From contig JBILLK010000017.1 in NCBI GenBank assembly GCA_044376115.1, positions 32,001-96,000 on the forward strand: a stretch of 64,000 nt of DNA. Direction: 5' to 3'. The notes under the pieces were generated by a model that was not told the origin of the DNA, made no database searches, and saw only the letters and a list, made by a program, of their open reading frames with translations. Below are positions 30,333 through 39,531 of this stretch, in pieces. A program made the position numbers and the translations under genes. The DNA is from Polyangiaceae bacterium (GTDB taxonomy: Bacteria > Myxococcota_A > Polyangia > Polyangiales > Polyangiaceae). The first letter of the stretch is position 1. Each line of letters starts with the position of its first letter.

Positions 30333-33161
30333 TTAACGCAACGCTTGAGACAGTCGCAGATGAGCGACGAGAGGTTCGGCCGTAGTCACCCCGGTATCCA
30401 ACCAGACAACGACCTCGTCCGGAGACACGACGGCCACCTTGAGTTTGCCGACGTGTCCCGGCGGCAAACCAGTCGGAACCAAGAACACCCGTGGGTCGTT
30501 CGACGTCATCTTCCCGGGCTCGTACTCCCGCGACGCGCGCAGCGGCATTTTGGAATCCCAGCGCCCAAACTCAAAGATGTGCGGACCGAGTTGGTCGGGC
30601 GCTCCGCTTGGCGCCCCCATCTGCACCAGAGCCGAGAACTTCGGCGGAAACCCACGTAGATCTCCGAGGAAGTAGCCAAAGCCTTGGGATGCTCGAACCA
30701 GATGGACTTCATGATTGGCGAGCTTGAGAGCTCCCAGCGCGACCGCGGTCTTTGGGGTGACACCGACCACCAGAACGCCGCGCTCGACACGAGGCGCGGA
30801 TTCATAAAGCACAAGCCCGGCCAACGGGCCGCCTTGCCCATCCGGCTTCCACGGCTGGAACGGACCGTCCTTCTTGAGACCGAGTTCCTCTGCGACGGCC
30901 TCAGCGACGAAGGCACTGCGTGAAGAATTCCCGGCCAGCAACACGACGATCCCGCGCTCTTCGATCGACGCGGGTGCGGGGCCAGTTTGACCGGCGATGG
31001 GGGGCCACGCCGCGCTGGCCAGCGTACTCGCGAGCAACTTGGTTCCCTCGCGGATACGCGCCCGCAAATGCGCGTGCAGGTCCGCGCCGAGTGAAGCTAG
31101 GTCGCCGCTCAAACTCTGGATCGCAACCTCGCCTCCATCGAGCCGCGCGAGGGTCAAATCTGGCGCACTTCGTGGCTGCTCGTGGGCGCCAAACTTCACA
31201 CGCTCGAGCAGCAGCTTGTGCTCGAGGCGGAGCCAATTCTGTCGTGCGGCGAGACTCCGCTTGTAGAGTTCTGGCTTCTTTGCGAGGTGGTTTTGCGGCA
31301 CCGTGGTTGGACGCATCATTGGAACGTCCAAGGCTTCCATCTCGGGCAAAACCGAGTTGTGTTGGTGCACGAGCCACGCGAACTCTTGCGTAAGCAAATC
31401 CCCGCCGAGGTCGTTGACTCCGTTGACCTGGAGCGTCTCGATGACCGCCCGACTTCCGAGCTTCTCTTGCTCCTCTTCGGTTGCTGGCCGGAAGCGCCCA
31501 CAAGCGATGTCGAGCGTTCCTCCGCCGAGGTCGAAGACGACAAAGCGCAGTTCACCGTGGCGCTCGAGAAGCGGCGCTAGGTCTGGATGAGCGCACAGTT
31601 CGGGGCAAACCTCCGCGGCGAACGCTTCCGCCTCCGAGGCCACGACGTCCACTCGCAAGTCCTCCTGGGGAAGAGCCTCGGGGATCGACAGCAAAAGGCC
31701 CGCGCGAATCTCTTCGTCGATCAAAGCTCGGAGCTTGGCATCCGTTTTTGACGGGTGCGTGATCACGTAGTGCAAGAAGACGTCTTGCCCGGGTCGGTTG
31801 ATCGCGCGACCGAGGAGGTAGGCATAAGCCCGCAAGAGCGCTCGCACTCGTGCTTCATCCAGTAGGAAGTCTCGCTGCTTTTCGCGGTCACGAAGTTGTG
31901 GCGACTCATCGAGGACCAACACGCGCTCTGGCAAGGTCTTGAGTTGACCGATCACCGCGTTGGGCGCGTCGGCCATCTTTGCTACCGCTGCGTGACTCCC
32001 GGAGATCGCCCGCACGAGATACGGGAAGCGCCCCCCGGCGGCCATCGCGCTCCAAAGCCGCTCGTGGTCGTCCACGAGCAAGACCGTGGGATTCTCAGCC
32101 GACCGCATGGGCTCATCGGAGCGCGCGCTGCCTTCGACCGGCCGGCCCAACTGCAGCAGGGAGCGGTAGCCATGCGCCAACATCGCCGCGACCGTCGCGC
32201 TGGTACCAAAGTCGATGCCCACCGCGCCGTGTCTTTGGAACGCCTTGCGATGAGGTAACGGGTCGCGAACGCGCACCGCGAGCGGCAACGACCAGATCAA
32301 ATCGATGCTTACGTCCCGCCCCGCCGAGGCGCTCGCCGTTCGTTCATTGAACGAAAGCGTATGTACGCCCTCGAGCTCCAACGGAATGTTGCGGCCCTCT
32401 TCTGGAATCTCCCCGAGTTCGGCGTGCCCGGTATCGAACACCAACTCCGTCTGCGTCGTGCGCTCCGTCACCTTTCGCCGACTCGCGTCTTCCACAAGCG
32501 CAGCGGAACCATCGGCGGCGAGTTTCGAGAAGGCGTGCTGTACCTTGGTGACGCGAAGATCGGTTGCGTAAGTCGCGCCGGAACCTTCACTCCACGTCAC
32601 CGACAGCCGCAGCAGAGCCTTGCCAGACCGATGCCAGAAGCCTTCCTCGGCATTCGCAAGGTCGAAGCTCCGTCTTTCAGGAGCACCTACCAACTCTGCA
32701 TCGGTGGCGTCAGTTAGGTCGACCGTATCGAGTCCAGGGCCAGCCTCACCAAGCCCTACAAGCGTCAGATCAAGCACGGTAATGCGCTGGGGCGCGGCCG
32801 TGGGTGCGGCCGCTGACCAAACCAGCAACGCAAGTTCCACCTTCTCGCCAAAGACCCCACGCAGCGAGCTGAGCGGAAGCCGCAGCTCAGCCCGAAAGGT
32901 TGAACCTTCACCAGGAATGATCTTGAGGGGCGTGCCGCGCGCGGCTCCTGCAACCTCGAGCGCGGCGTCCACCGCGTCAGGGGCAACGCCCAGCAGAGTG
33001 ACGACGAACTCAGATGTAGAGATCCACCCATCGAACGCAGGGAGTGAAAGCGGCTGCGCCGCAGTCACCGCGCGACTGGGGAGCAGCGTTAGTGTGCCGC
33101 GAGGTCCGCTTCGAACGATGCGAACCGAAAGCCCATCGATTCGGAGCCTGGCGCCAGTCAT
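30333..33161 (-). CDS. Atypical Hsp70/actin-fold (ASKHA) ATPase with extra N-terminal domain
   Basis: GIDFGTSAT, ENPT, SEAEAFAA (connect 1), VFDLGGGTLDIA, LGGDLL, LLAGNSSRS, PKTAVALGAL; about 300-aa beta-rich N-terminal extension. Confidence 0.88.
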   Translation of the reverse strand: MTGARLRIDGLSVRIVRSGPRGTLTLLPSRAVTAAQPLSLPAFDGWISTSEFVVTLLGVAPDAVDAALEVAGAARGTPLKIIPGEGSTFRAELRLPLSSLRGVFGEKVELALLVWSAAAPTAAPQRITVLDLTLVGLGEAGPGLDTVDLTDATDAELVGAPERRSFDLANAEEGFWHRSGKALLRLSVTWSEGSGATYATDLRVTKVQHAFSKLAADGSAALVEDASRRKVTERTTQTELVFDTGHAELGEIPEEGRNIPLELEGVHTLSFNERTASASAGRDVSIDLIWSLPLAVRVRDPLPHRKAFQRHGAVGIDFGTSATVAAMLAHGYRSLLQLGRPVEGSARSDEPMRSAENPTVLLVDDHERLWSAMAAGGRFPYLVRAISGSHAAVAKMADAPNAVIGQLKTLPERVLVLDESPQLRDREKQRDFLLDEARVRALLRAYAYLLGRAINRPGQDVFLHYVITHPSKTDAKLRALIDEEIRAGLLLSIPEALPQEDLRVDVVASEAEAFAAEVCPELCAHPDLAPLLERHGELRFVVFDLGGGTLDIACGRFRPATEEEQEKLGSRAVIETLQVNGVNDLGGDLLTQEFAWLVHQHNSVLPEMEALDVPMMRPTTVPQNHLAKKPELYKRSLAARQNWLRLEHKLLLERVKFGAHEQPRSAPDLTLARLDGGEVAIQSLSGDLASLGADLHAHLRARIREGTKLLASTLASAAWPPIAGQTGPAPASIEERGIVVLLAGNSSRSAFVAEAVAEELGLKKDGPFQPWKPDGQGGPLAGLVLYESAPRVERGVLVVGVTPKTAVALGALKLANHEVHLVRASQGFGYFLGDLRGFPPKFSALVQMGAPSGAPDQLGPHIFEFGRWDSKMPLRASREYEPGKMTSNDPRVFLVPTGLPPGHVGKLKVAVVSPDEVVVWLDTGVTTAEPLVAHLRLSQALR

Positions 33162-33283
33162 CGCGGGGAGGGTAACCGGAGCAAGCCTATCGGGGAAGCA
33201 GCCGAACGCTTCTGCTTGAGTTCTTCATCGCGGCCGTTGAGACAAAGTGGGTTGGGCCGCGCACAGCAAACGAAGGTCGGTGG

Positions 33284-34057
33284 TCAGGCAACCTCGACGA
33301 TCAGACAGGTGATGTTGTCCTTCCCTCCACGATTGTTGGCGAGCGCGATGAATTGGTCCACCGCTGCGTCTCCGCCCATGGCTGCCAGCGCAGCGATCTC
33401 GTCAAGCTGCAGGTAGCCGTGAAGACCGTCACTACAGAGTATGTATTTGTCGCCGGACGCCATTGGGTAGATGTTGGTGTCCACTTCGACGTACTCCCGG
33501 TTGCCTACCGCGCGGGTGATCACGTTCTTGTGCGGGCTGTTCTTCGCGTCATTCTCCGAGATCAGGCCCTGCTTGAGTTGCCAAGCGATCAGCGTGTGAT
33601 CCTCCGTGAGCTGCACGGCGCTGTTCTGCCGGACCCGGTAGACTCGACTGTCGCCCACTTGGCCGGTGACGAACGAGTCACCAACCACGACAGCGCAGCT
33701 GATGGTGGTCCCCATGCCCGACTTGTCCTTCTCGAACTGGGCCATGCCGAAGACCATGTACGTCGCTGCTTGGATTGCGCCCTCGAGGAGTCGACACGCT
33801 GAACGGCCACGAGCTTCGTCCAACGACTCATATAGATCCCCGAGCCCGCTCAACCCCCGCTTCACCATGCCGTAGACGGTGTCCACGGCTTCGCCGCTTG
33901 CGATTTCGCCGGCTGCGTGCCCCCCCATCCCGTCAGCAACGATGAAGAGCCGCAGCGCGTCGTCTCGGAAGAATGCGTCTTCGTTGATCTTGCGATGCCG
34001 GCCAATGTCACTCTTCCCAAAAGAGCGAACGGTTGGACGCCAGGCCGGATAGTTCAT
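33284..34057 (-). CDS. PP2C-family Ser/Thr protein phosphatase
   Basis: RKINEDA, VADGMGGH, GMGTT, VGDSRVY, NVITRAVG, LCSDGL, GGKDNIT. Confidence 0.95.
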   Translation of the reverse strand: MNYPAWRPTVRSFGKSDIGRHRKINEDAFFRDDALRLFIVADGMGGHAAGEIASGEAVDTVYGMVKRGLSGLGDLYESLDEARGRSACRLLEGAIQAATYMVFGMAQFEKDKSGMGTTISCAVVVGDSFVTGQVGDSRVYRVRQNSAVQLTEDHTLIAWQLKQGLISENDAKNSPHKNVITRAVGNREYVEVDTNIYPMASGDKYILCSDGLHGYLQLDEIAALAAMGGDAAVDQFIALANNRGGKDNITCLIVEVA

Positions 34058-34227
34058 GGGACGGTCTCGAAGCCTCTTTGTGACGATAGCTGCTCGCTCG
34101 CGGAAATGTCGAGATACACGCAACATGAATTGAACCTGGACAGAAGTCCCGCGAAACAGGCCGCCCCGAGGCCCCCGATCGAAAGGCGGTGCATTCGGCG
34201 TGGTGTGCCTCTAGCCTGCGGCGCGAG

Positions 34228-35373
34228 ATGGCAGCAAGCACCGCAGCCGCGACATTCGTTGCGCCCCTCGGTGGCCTGGGCAAGCTCTTGGCGCGCGGGG
34301 CAGAGGCTGCCGAGAGGGCTCCTGTTGCCGAGAAGAGGTCGGCCTTCGAGCCGTTCCGACGGGCGTTCGTTGGGGCCATGCGCACCCTGCACCGGCCTCG
34401 CGCCTCGGTCGTATTCCTTTCAGGGGCGCCCAACCTCGCCAACCCGTTGGCCCTCGCGGTCACCCAGTCGGCCTACCGTCACCTACCCTGCCTGTTCGTC
34501 CCCGCGGCCGCTGTACTCAGCGAGGCTGGAGAGATGGAAGGCGGGTTTGCTGCCGCGGGAGCTGGCTGGAGCAGCGGAAGTGCCGAGATTTCGCTGGGAG
34601 AAACACTTGAAGAGGCGCTCGGCGCAGTGAAACCGGGGGGCAGTCTAGCCCTCTTCACGACCGACGAAGCACCGGATCTCGAGGCCGCTGCACGTGGCCG
34701 CCGACTGGTGTTTGGCAGCGTAACCGCGGGGCCGCTCGTGCTTGCGAACGACGGCGTCGTCAGCGCTGGAGCTTACGCTGTGGTGCGCTTCGACGACGCT
34801 TTCTCGCCGGTGGTTGAGTCCTCCTCCGCGGCTCGGGTCGTGACGGAAGTGTTCACCGTGACCTCAGCCGAAGGCTCGATGATCCTTGGCCTCAACGATA
34901 CGGCGGCGCTGGACGTACTCACCGATCGCACGGGGGGTGGTAAGCATCGTGGGCTCGTCGTTATGAAGGTTGTCCACGAAAACGAGCTAGAGCGAATCGA
35001 CCTACGGCCGATTCGAGGCGTTGACCCTACGAAGAAGGGCATCGCGATTCGCGGTGAAGCGCGCTTGGGGATGCGAGTGGCGTTTGCCGTTCGCGACCCA
35101 GCCACCGCGAAGCACGAGCTCGAGGAGAGCGTTCGCCGCACTGAAGAACGTGCACGCGGTTCGCAACCTATGCTTGGCCTTTACCTTTCGTGCGCCGGTC
35201 GGCAGCGAGCGCTGTATGGAGAGGCCGACACGGAGCTTCGCATCATCCGCCGCAAGTTTCCCAAGCTCCCGCTCGCGGGTATGTTCGGCGCCTTTCAGAT
35301 TGTGCCGCGCGAACGCGGAGCTGAGCAACAACTCATGGGCTCGGTGCTTGCCCTCTTTAGAGCCCCCAGCTGA
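34228..35373 (+). CDS. FIST-domain signal transduction protein (start uncertain)
   Basis: FTVTSAEGSMILGLNDTAAL; FAVRD; LYLSCAGRQRALYG..E; PLAGMFGAFQI (FIST_C-like). Confidence 0.8.
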   Translation: MAASTAAATFVAPLGGLGKLLARGAEAAERAPVAEKRSAFEPFRRAFVGAMRTLHRPRASVVFLSGAPNLANPLALAVTQSAYRHLPCLFVPAAAVLSEAGEMEGGFAAAGAGWSSGSAEISLGETLEEALGAVKPGGSLALFTTDEAPDLEAAARGRRLVFGSVTAGPLVLANDGVVSAGAYAVVRFDDAFSPVVESSSAARVVTEVFTVTSAEGSMILGLNDTAALDVLTDRTGGGKHRGLVVMKVVHENELERIDLRPIRGVDPTKKGIAIRGEARLGMRVAFAVRDPATAKHELEESVRRTEERARGSQPMLGLYLSCAGRQRALYGEADTELRIIRRKFPKLPLAGMFGAFQIVPRERGAEQQLMGSVLALFRAPS

Positions 35374-35403
35374 TCTTCATAGGACTGACTTTCAAGGAGC
35401 GAC

Positions 35404-35643
35404 ATGACGACCATCGACACACTTCGAGTTTTCTTTGCCGAGCGCGGAGCCAAAGGCCAAGGGTTGGGAGAGACCGACTCTCTCCTCGAGAACGGCCTCC
35501 TCGATTCAATGGCCATCGTAAAGTTGGTCGGCTTCATCGAGGAGCGCTTCGGCGTGGCGCTTGGTGATGAGGAGTTCGACCCTGATAACTTCGAGACGCT
35601 AAGCGCGATTGCATCGATGATCGATGCCAAGAAAGCTGGCTGA
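35404..35643 (+). CDS. Stand-alone acyl/peptidyl carrier protein
   Basis: LLENGLLDSMAIVKLVGFIEERFGV..DNFETL (phosphopantetheine Ser); AAGGAG RBS. Confidence 0.9.
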   Translation: MTTIDTLRVFFAERGAKGQGLGETDSLLENGLLDSMAIVKLVGFIEERFGVALGDEEFDPDNFETLSAIASMIDAKKAG

Positions 35644-35649
35644 GAGGCC

Positions 35650-36813
35650 GTGGATTTCTCGTTCAGTGAAGAACAGCGCGCGTTTCAGAAGTCGATCCTC
35701 GAGTTCGCACAGAAAGAGCTTCAAGACAGCACGGCCTCTCCGAAGACCACCCGTGAGCGGGACAAGTCTTCGACGTTCTTTGAGGACGGCTTCAAAAGGG
35801 CCGCTGACTTCGGGCTGCTAGGCCTACCGATCCCCGAGCAGTACGGGGGCCTCGGGCGTGACGTGATCGATTGCACGCTGGCCATGCAGGCACTCGGCCA
35901 AGGTTGTCCCGACAGCGGGCTGGGCTTCACCATCAGCTCACACGTCTTCACCTGCGAGATTCCCATCCTTCTGTTCGGCAGTGAAGCCCAGAAGACCGCG
36001 TTGCTTCCAGCCATGGTGCGAGGCGAGATCATCGGCTGCCACGCGATGAGCGAACCGGAGGCTGGCAGTGATGCGTTTAGCCTGCAAACCACGGCCGAGA
36101 AGCGGGGTGACCGCTACATCCTCAACGGTTCGAAGACCTTCATTTCGAATGCCCCGATCGCCAACCTGTTCTTGATCTTTGCCACCGTTAACAAGAAAAA
36201 AGGGTGGGCGGGGGTAACCGGCTTTTTGGTGGATCGAAACACCAAGGGGCTGACCGTCTCTGCGCCTCTCGACAAGCTGGGGCTCAAGACCTCGCCAACG
36301 GGCGAGTTGCACCTAGAGGATCTCGAGGTTCCCGAGTCCGCCATTCTTGGTCGCGTCGGACAAGGTTCGGCTATCTTCAACGCGGAGATGGAATGGGAAC
36401 GTAGCTGCCTATTCGCCCTTCACCTCGGAACGATGCAGCGGCAGCTTGATACCACCATCCAATACGCCAAGGACCGTAAGCAGTTTGGCCAGTCCATCGG
36501 CAGCTTTCAGGCCGTGTCCCACAAGATCGCGGATATGCGCCTGCGCATCGAGCTATCAGAAATGATGCTCTACAAGGTGGCGTGGATGAAGGCCCGTGGG
36601 CTTCGCGCCCCGCTGGAGAGCGCCATGTCCAAGCTCTACGTGAGCGAGTCTTTCGTAGCCAACAGCCTTGATGCAGTACAGCTTCGCGGCGGCTACGGGT
36701 TCATGAGCGAGTACGAGGTCGAGCGTGATCTTCGCGACTCGATCGGCTCTCGGATTTACTCCGGTACCAACGAGATTCAACGCAATATCATCGCTAGCCT
36801 GCTGGGGCTCTAA
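35650..36813 (+). CDS. Acyl-CoA dehydrogenase family, probable prolyl-carrier dehydrogenase (PltE/RedW-like)
   Basis: HAMSEPEAGSDA, LNGSKTFISNAPIA, MEWERSCL, RKQFGQSIGSFQAV, IYSGTNEIQR; 6 bp after the carrier gene. Confidence 0.85.
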   Translation: MDFSFSEEQRAFQKSILEFAQKELQDSTASPKTTRERDKSSTFFEDGFKRAADFGLLGLPIPEQYGGLGRDVIDCTLAMQALGQGCPDSGLGFTISSHVFTCEIPILLFGSEAQKTALLPAMVRGEIIGCHAMSEPEAGSDAFSLQTTAEKRGDRYILNGSKTFISNAPIANLFLIFATVNKKKGWAGVTGFLVDRNTKGLTVSAPLDKLGLKTSPTGELHLEDLEVPESAILGRVGQGSAIFNAEMEWERSCLFALHLGTMQRQLDTTIQYAKDRKQFGQSIGSFQAVSHKIADMRLRIELSEMMLYKVAWMKARGLRAPLESAMSKLYVSESFVANSLDAVQLRGGYGFMSEYEVERDLRDSIGSRIYSGTNEIQRNIIASLLGL

Positions 36814-37238
36814 GCCTCGATCTCGGCATAAGCGGTAGCGATGCGCTGTCGAACGGCCTCCTGCTCTTCGGCGCTTTGGTATTTCTTACGTGGCCAAAAG
36901 AAGCCTTTGAGGCCGTCACCCTTCGTGCGTGGGACCACGTGAACATGCAGGTGGGGCACGCTTTGACTCACGCGATTGTTCATCGCAACGAAGGTGCCCT
37001 GGGCTGACATGGCTCGCTCGACGGCACGCGACATTCGTTGAACCGCAGCGAACAAGACGGGAACCTCGCCGGCCGTGAGATCACCAAGCGTCACGCGGTG
37101 CAGGTTGGGCACCACCAACACATGACCGACAAAGAGCGGGGTGATGTCGAGGAAGGCGGTCACCTCAGCTTCCTGAGCCACAACCGACGCGGGGGCACTC
37201 CCCGCCACGATGGCGCAAAAGACGCATGGCTTGTTCAT
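36810..37238 (-). CDS. HIT family nucleotide hydrolase
   Basis: CVFCAI, GHVLVVP, QSVPHLHVHVVPR. Confidence 0.93.
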   Translation of the reverse strand: MNKPCVFCAIVAGSAPASVVAQEAEVTAFLDITPLFVGHVLVVPNLHRVTLGDLTAGEVPVLFAAVQRMSRAVERAMSAQGTFVAMNNRVSQSVPHLHVHVVPRTKGDGLKGFFWPRKKYQSAEEQEAVRQRIATAYAEIEA

Positions 37239-38044
37239 CGGACGCCCAACTCCCACGCCTCTGCCGCATCGTGCGCACAGAACATCTTGACTCGGGGCTC
37301 ACTGGCGAGCGCTCGCAGACGCTCCTGATTGCGTAGACGCGCCCGGTTGTCACTCGCGGCCAGGCGCTGGAACGCCCTTAGCTGCCAGGGACAGTCCCGA
37401 TGATTGCCGTAGATCTCGGCGTGATTGAAGTACGCATCGCCAGCATGAACCAGCAGCTCGGCGCCGTGATCAACGACAACCGCGACGTGCCCTCGCGAGT
37501 GTCCCACCGTCGGGACAAGTAGGATCTCCGGTGGCAAACCTTTGAGTTCGCGAACGCTCTCGAGACCGAAGAAACGCTCGCCCTGAACCTGATACCGCTG
37601 CCAGTGGGGCCTATGGGCGAACTGGTGCTTTCGGTAGCGGTTCCGCTCCGCGAGCGTTGCACCCGCTTCCATCGCATGAACCTCAGGAGCAAACGCGTGC
37701 ACCACCGCCTGGGGAAAGTCGGGAAGTCCGCCCGCGTGATCGAGATCCAGGTGCGTTGGCACGATGTGTCGTACGTCCTCTCGTTTGAAGCCGAGCCGTT
37801 CGACATGCGATAGGGCCGTCTCCTCCTCGCGCAACTTCGGCCGGGCAATCTTGGCGAAGCCCGCACCTAGCAACGCGGGGTTCCGTAAATCCGTCGTCCC
37901 AAAGCCAGTGTCGACGAGCACCAGCCCAGACTGGGGAGTCTCGATCAGGAGCACATGACAAATCATGCGCTGCTGAGGAAGGCTTCGCGCGAGACCAAAG
38001 ACAACTGGGCACATCGTCCCGCAATTGAGGTGGTGCACGCGCAT
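37235..38044 (-). CDS. MBL-fold metallo-hydrolase (lactonase-like)
   Basis: LVDTGFG, THLDLDHAGG, GHSRGH, HAGDA, CAHD. Confidence 0.9.
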   Translation of the reverse strand: MRVHHLNCGTMCPVVFGLARSLPQQRMICHVLLIETPQSGLVLVDTGFGTTDLRNPALLGAGFAKIARPKLREEETALSHVERLGFKREDVRHIVPTHLDLDHAGGLPDFPQAVVHAFAPEVHAMEAGATLAERNRYRKHQFAHRPHWQRYQVQGERFFGLESVRELKGLPPEILLVPTVGHSRGHVAVVVDHGAELLVHAGDAYFNHAEIYGNHRDCPWQLRAFQRLAASDNRARLRNQERLRALASEPRVKMFCAHDAAEAWELGVR

Positions 38045-38235
38045 CGGGAGAGCCTCTCACCTGGCGTGCCGCCACACAAGCACCTGAGTCACGGCTGCTC
38101 CATGGACAGACGTTGAAGTTCCGCACACCAGCACACTGAAGAGGGCCTGGAGAAAGACTTTGGTTAGCTCAACGTATGAGAGTGCCTTACCTTAAGGTGT
38201 CCCCGCAGTCGTCCTGTTGCTGTTCTGGAGGTTTC

Positions 38236-39531
38236 ATGAGGCGCGTTTCGACTCACATTGGGTTGTCTGCACTGGGCTCGCTCCAGAAGGTTGGTCTTGC
38301 AACCACCCTTTGCTTCGCTACCGCCTGCGAAGTTGAAGACAGCAACGTGATGAACACGAGGCCGCGAGATACCGTCGAATCGGAGATTTTTGGTGGCCAG
38401 GTCGACACGACGCACGACGCCGTTGTCTACCTCGAGGGCGGTGGCTCGTGCACCGGGACGATCATCACCGCAAAGAACGGCGTGGGGTGGGTCCTCACAG
38501 CCGGGCACTGCGACACCATCGACTACATCATCATCGGTGACGACCTTCAGGCGTACGATGTGGCCTTCAATGTAGTGCAGGACGTCCCACACCCCCAATG
38601 GTCTGGAGACGCCGGCAACGGCTACGACTTCCGACTTCTGCGCTTCAGCTACAGCGGCGGTGACCCGCCGGTCATCCCTGCAGCCACGGGTGATGCGGGG
38701 CTCGTCGGGCAGACTGTCACGCACGTCGGCTACGGCCTTACCGAGAACGGGTCAACCAACAAGCGGCGGGCGGTCAATCAAGTCGTCGACCAAATCTACG
38801 GCACCCCTCCGCTGTTGGGCTTTGATCAGTCGGGGGGAGTTGGAACCTGTTCCGGAGACTCCGGTGGGCCTGCCCTTCGCAACGGTGAAGTCGTCGGGGT
38901 TACGTCCTTCGGTGACTCGGGCTGTGTGATTGAAGGCTACAGCGGTCGAGTGGCGGTTGTTTACGATTGGATCGCGTCGACCGCGGACATCACCGATGTT
39001 CCGGCGGAACCGACATGCGACGAATGCATCGGTACCGAGACCGATCAAGGTGGAGATTGCGCGGCGGCCTGGGCGGCGTGCCAACCGCAGAGCGACTGCC
39101 TCGCGCTCGACGGCTGCTACCAAAACTGTGGGGATGACGCTTGTTACGCCCAATGCGACTCCACCTACGCAGGCGTCGTCTCGTTACTCAGCGACGTGTA
39201 CAACTGCCTGTGCCTGGCGACTGTCTGCAGCGACGTCTGCGGGTGCCTCTACGACCCCAACAGCACCGGCAGTTCGATGATGAACGGCGCAGGCGGCTCA
39301 GAGGCCAATGGTGGGAACTCAGGGAATGGCGGCGCCAACACCGGGGACGGGGGAACCAACTCTGCGGGCGGAAGTGACAGTGCCGGCGGTGCGAATGCGG
39401 CGGATGACGAGCAGGACCTCACCGGTATCAACTGCAGCTGTGAAACCCCAGGTAGATCCGGGAGCCCTGTGGGGGCCATCGGTCTTATGCTTGCTGCAGG
39501 AATATCGCTTGGCCGGCGCCGCCGTCGCTAA
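38236..39531 (+). CDS. Trypsin-like (S1) serine protease with Cys-rich domain and MYXO-CTERM-like tail
   Basis: IFGG, VLTAGHC, YDFRLL, CSGDSGGP; Cys-rich region; CSCETPG..IGLMLAAGISLGRRRRR. Confidence 0.9.
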   Translation: MRRVSTHIGLSALGSLQKVGLATTLCFATACEVEDSNVMNTRPRDTVESEIFGGQVDTTHDAVVYLEGGGSCTGTIITAKNGVGWVLTAGHCDTIDYIIIGDDLQAYDVAFNVVQDVPHPQWSGDAGNGYDFRLLRFSYSGGDPPVIPAATGDAGLVGQTVTHVGYGLTENGSTNKRRAVNQVVDQIYGTPPLLGFDQSGGVGTCSGDSGGPALRNGEVVGVTSFGDSGCVIEGYSGRVAVVYDWIASTADITDVPAEPTCDECIGTETDQGGDCAAAWAACQPQSDCLALDGCYQNCGDDACYAQCDSTYAGVVSLLSDVYNCLCLATVCSDVCGCLYDPNSTGSSMMNGAGGSEANGGNSGNGGANTGDGGTNSAGGSDSAGGANAADDEQDLTGINCSCETPGRSGSPVGAIGLMLAAGISLGRRRRR

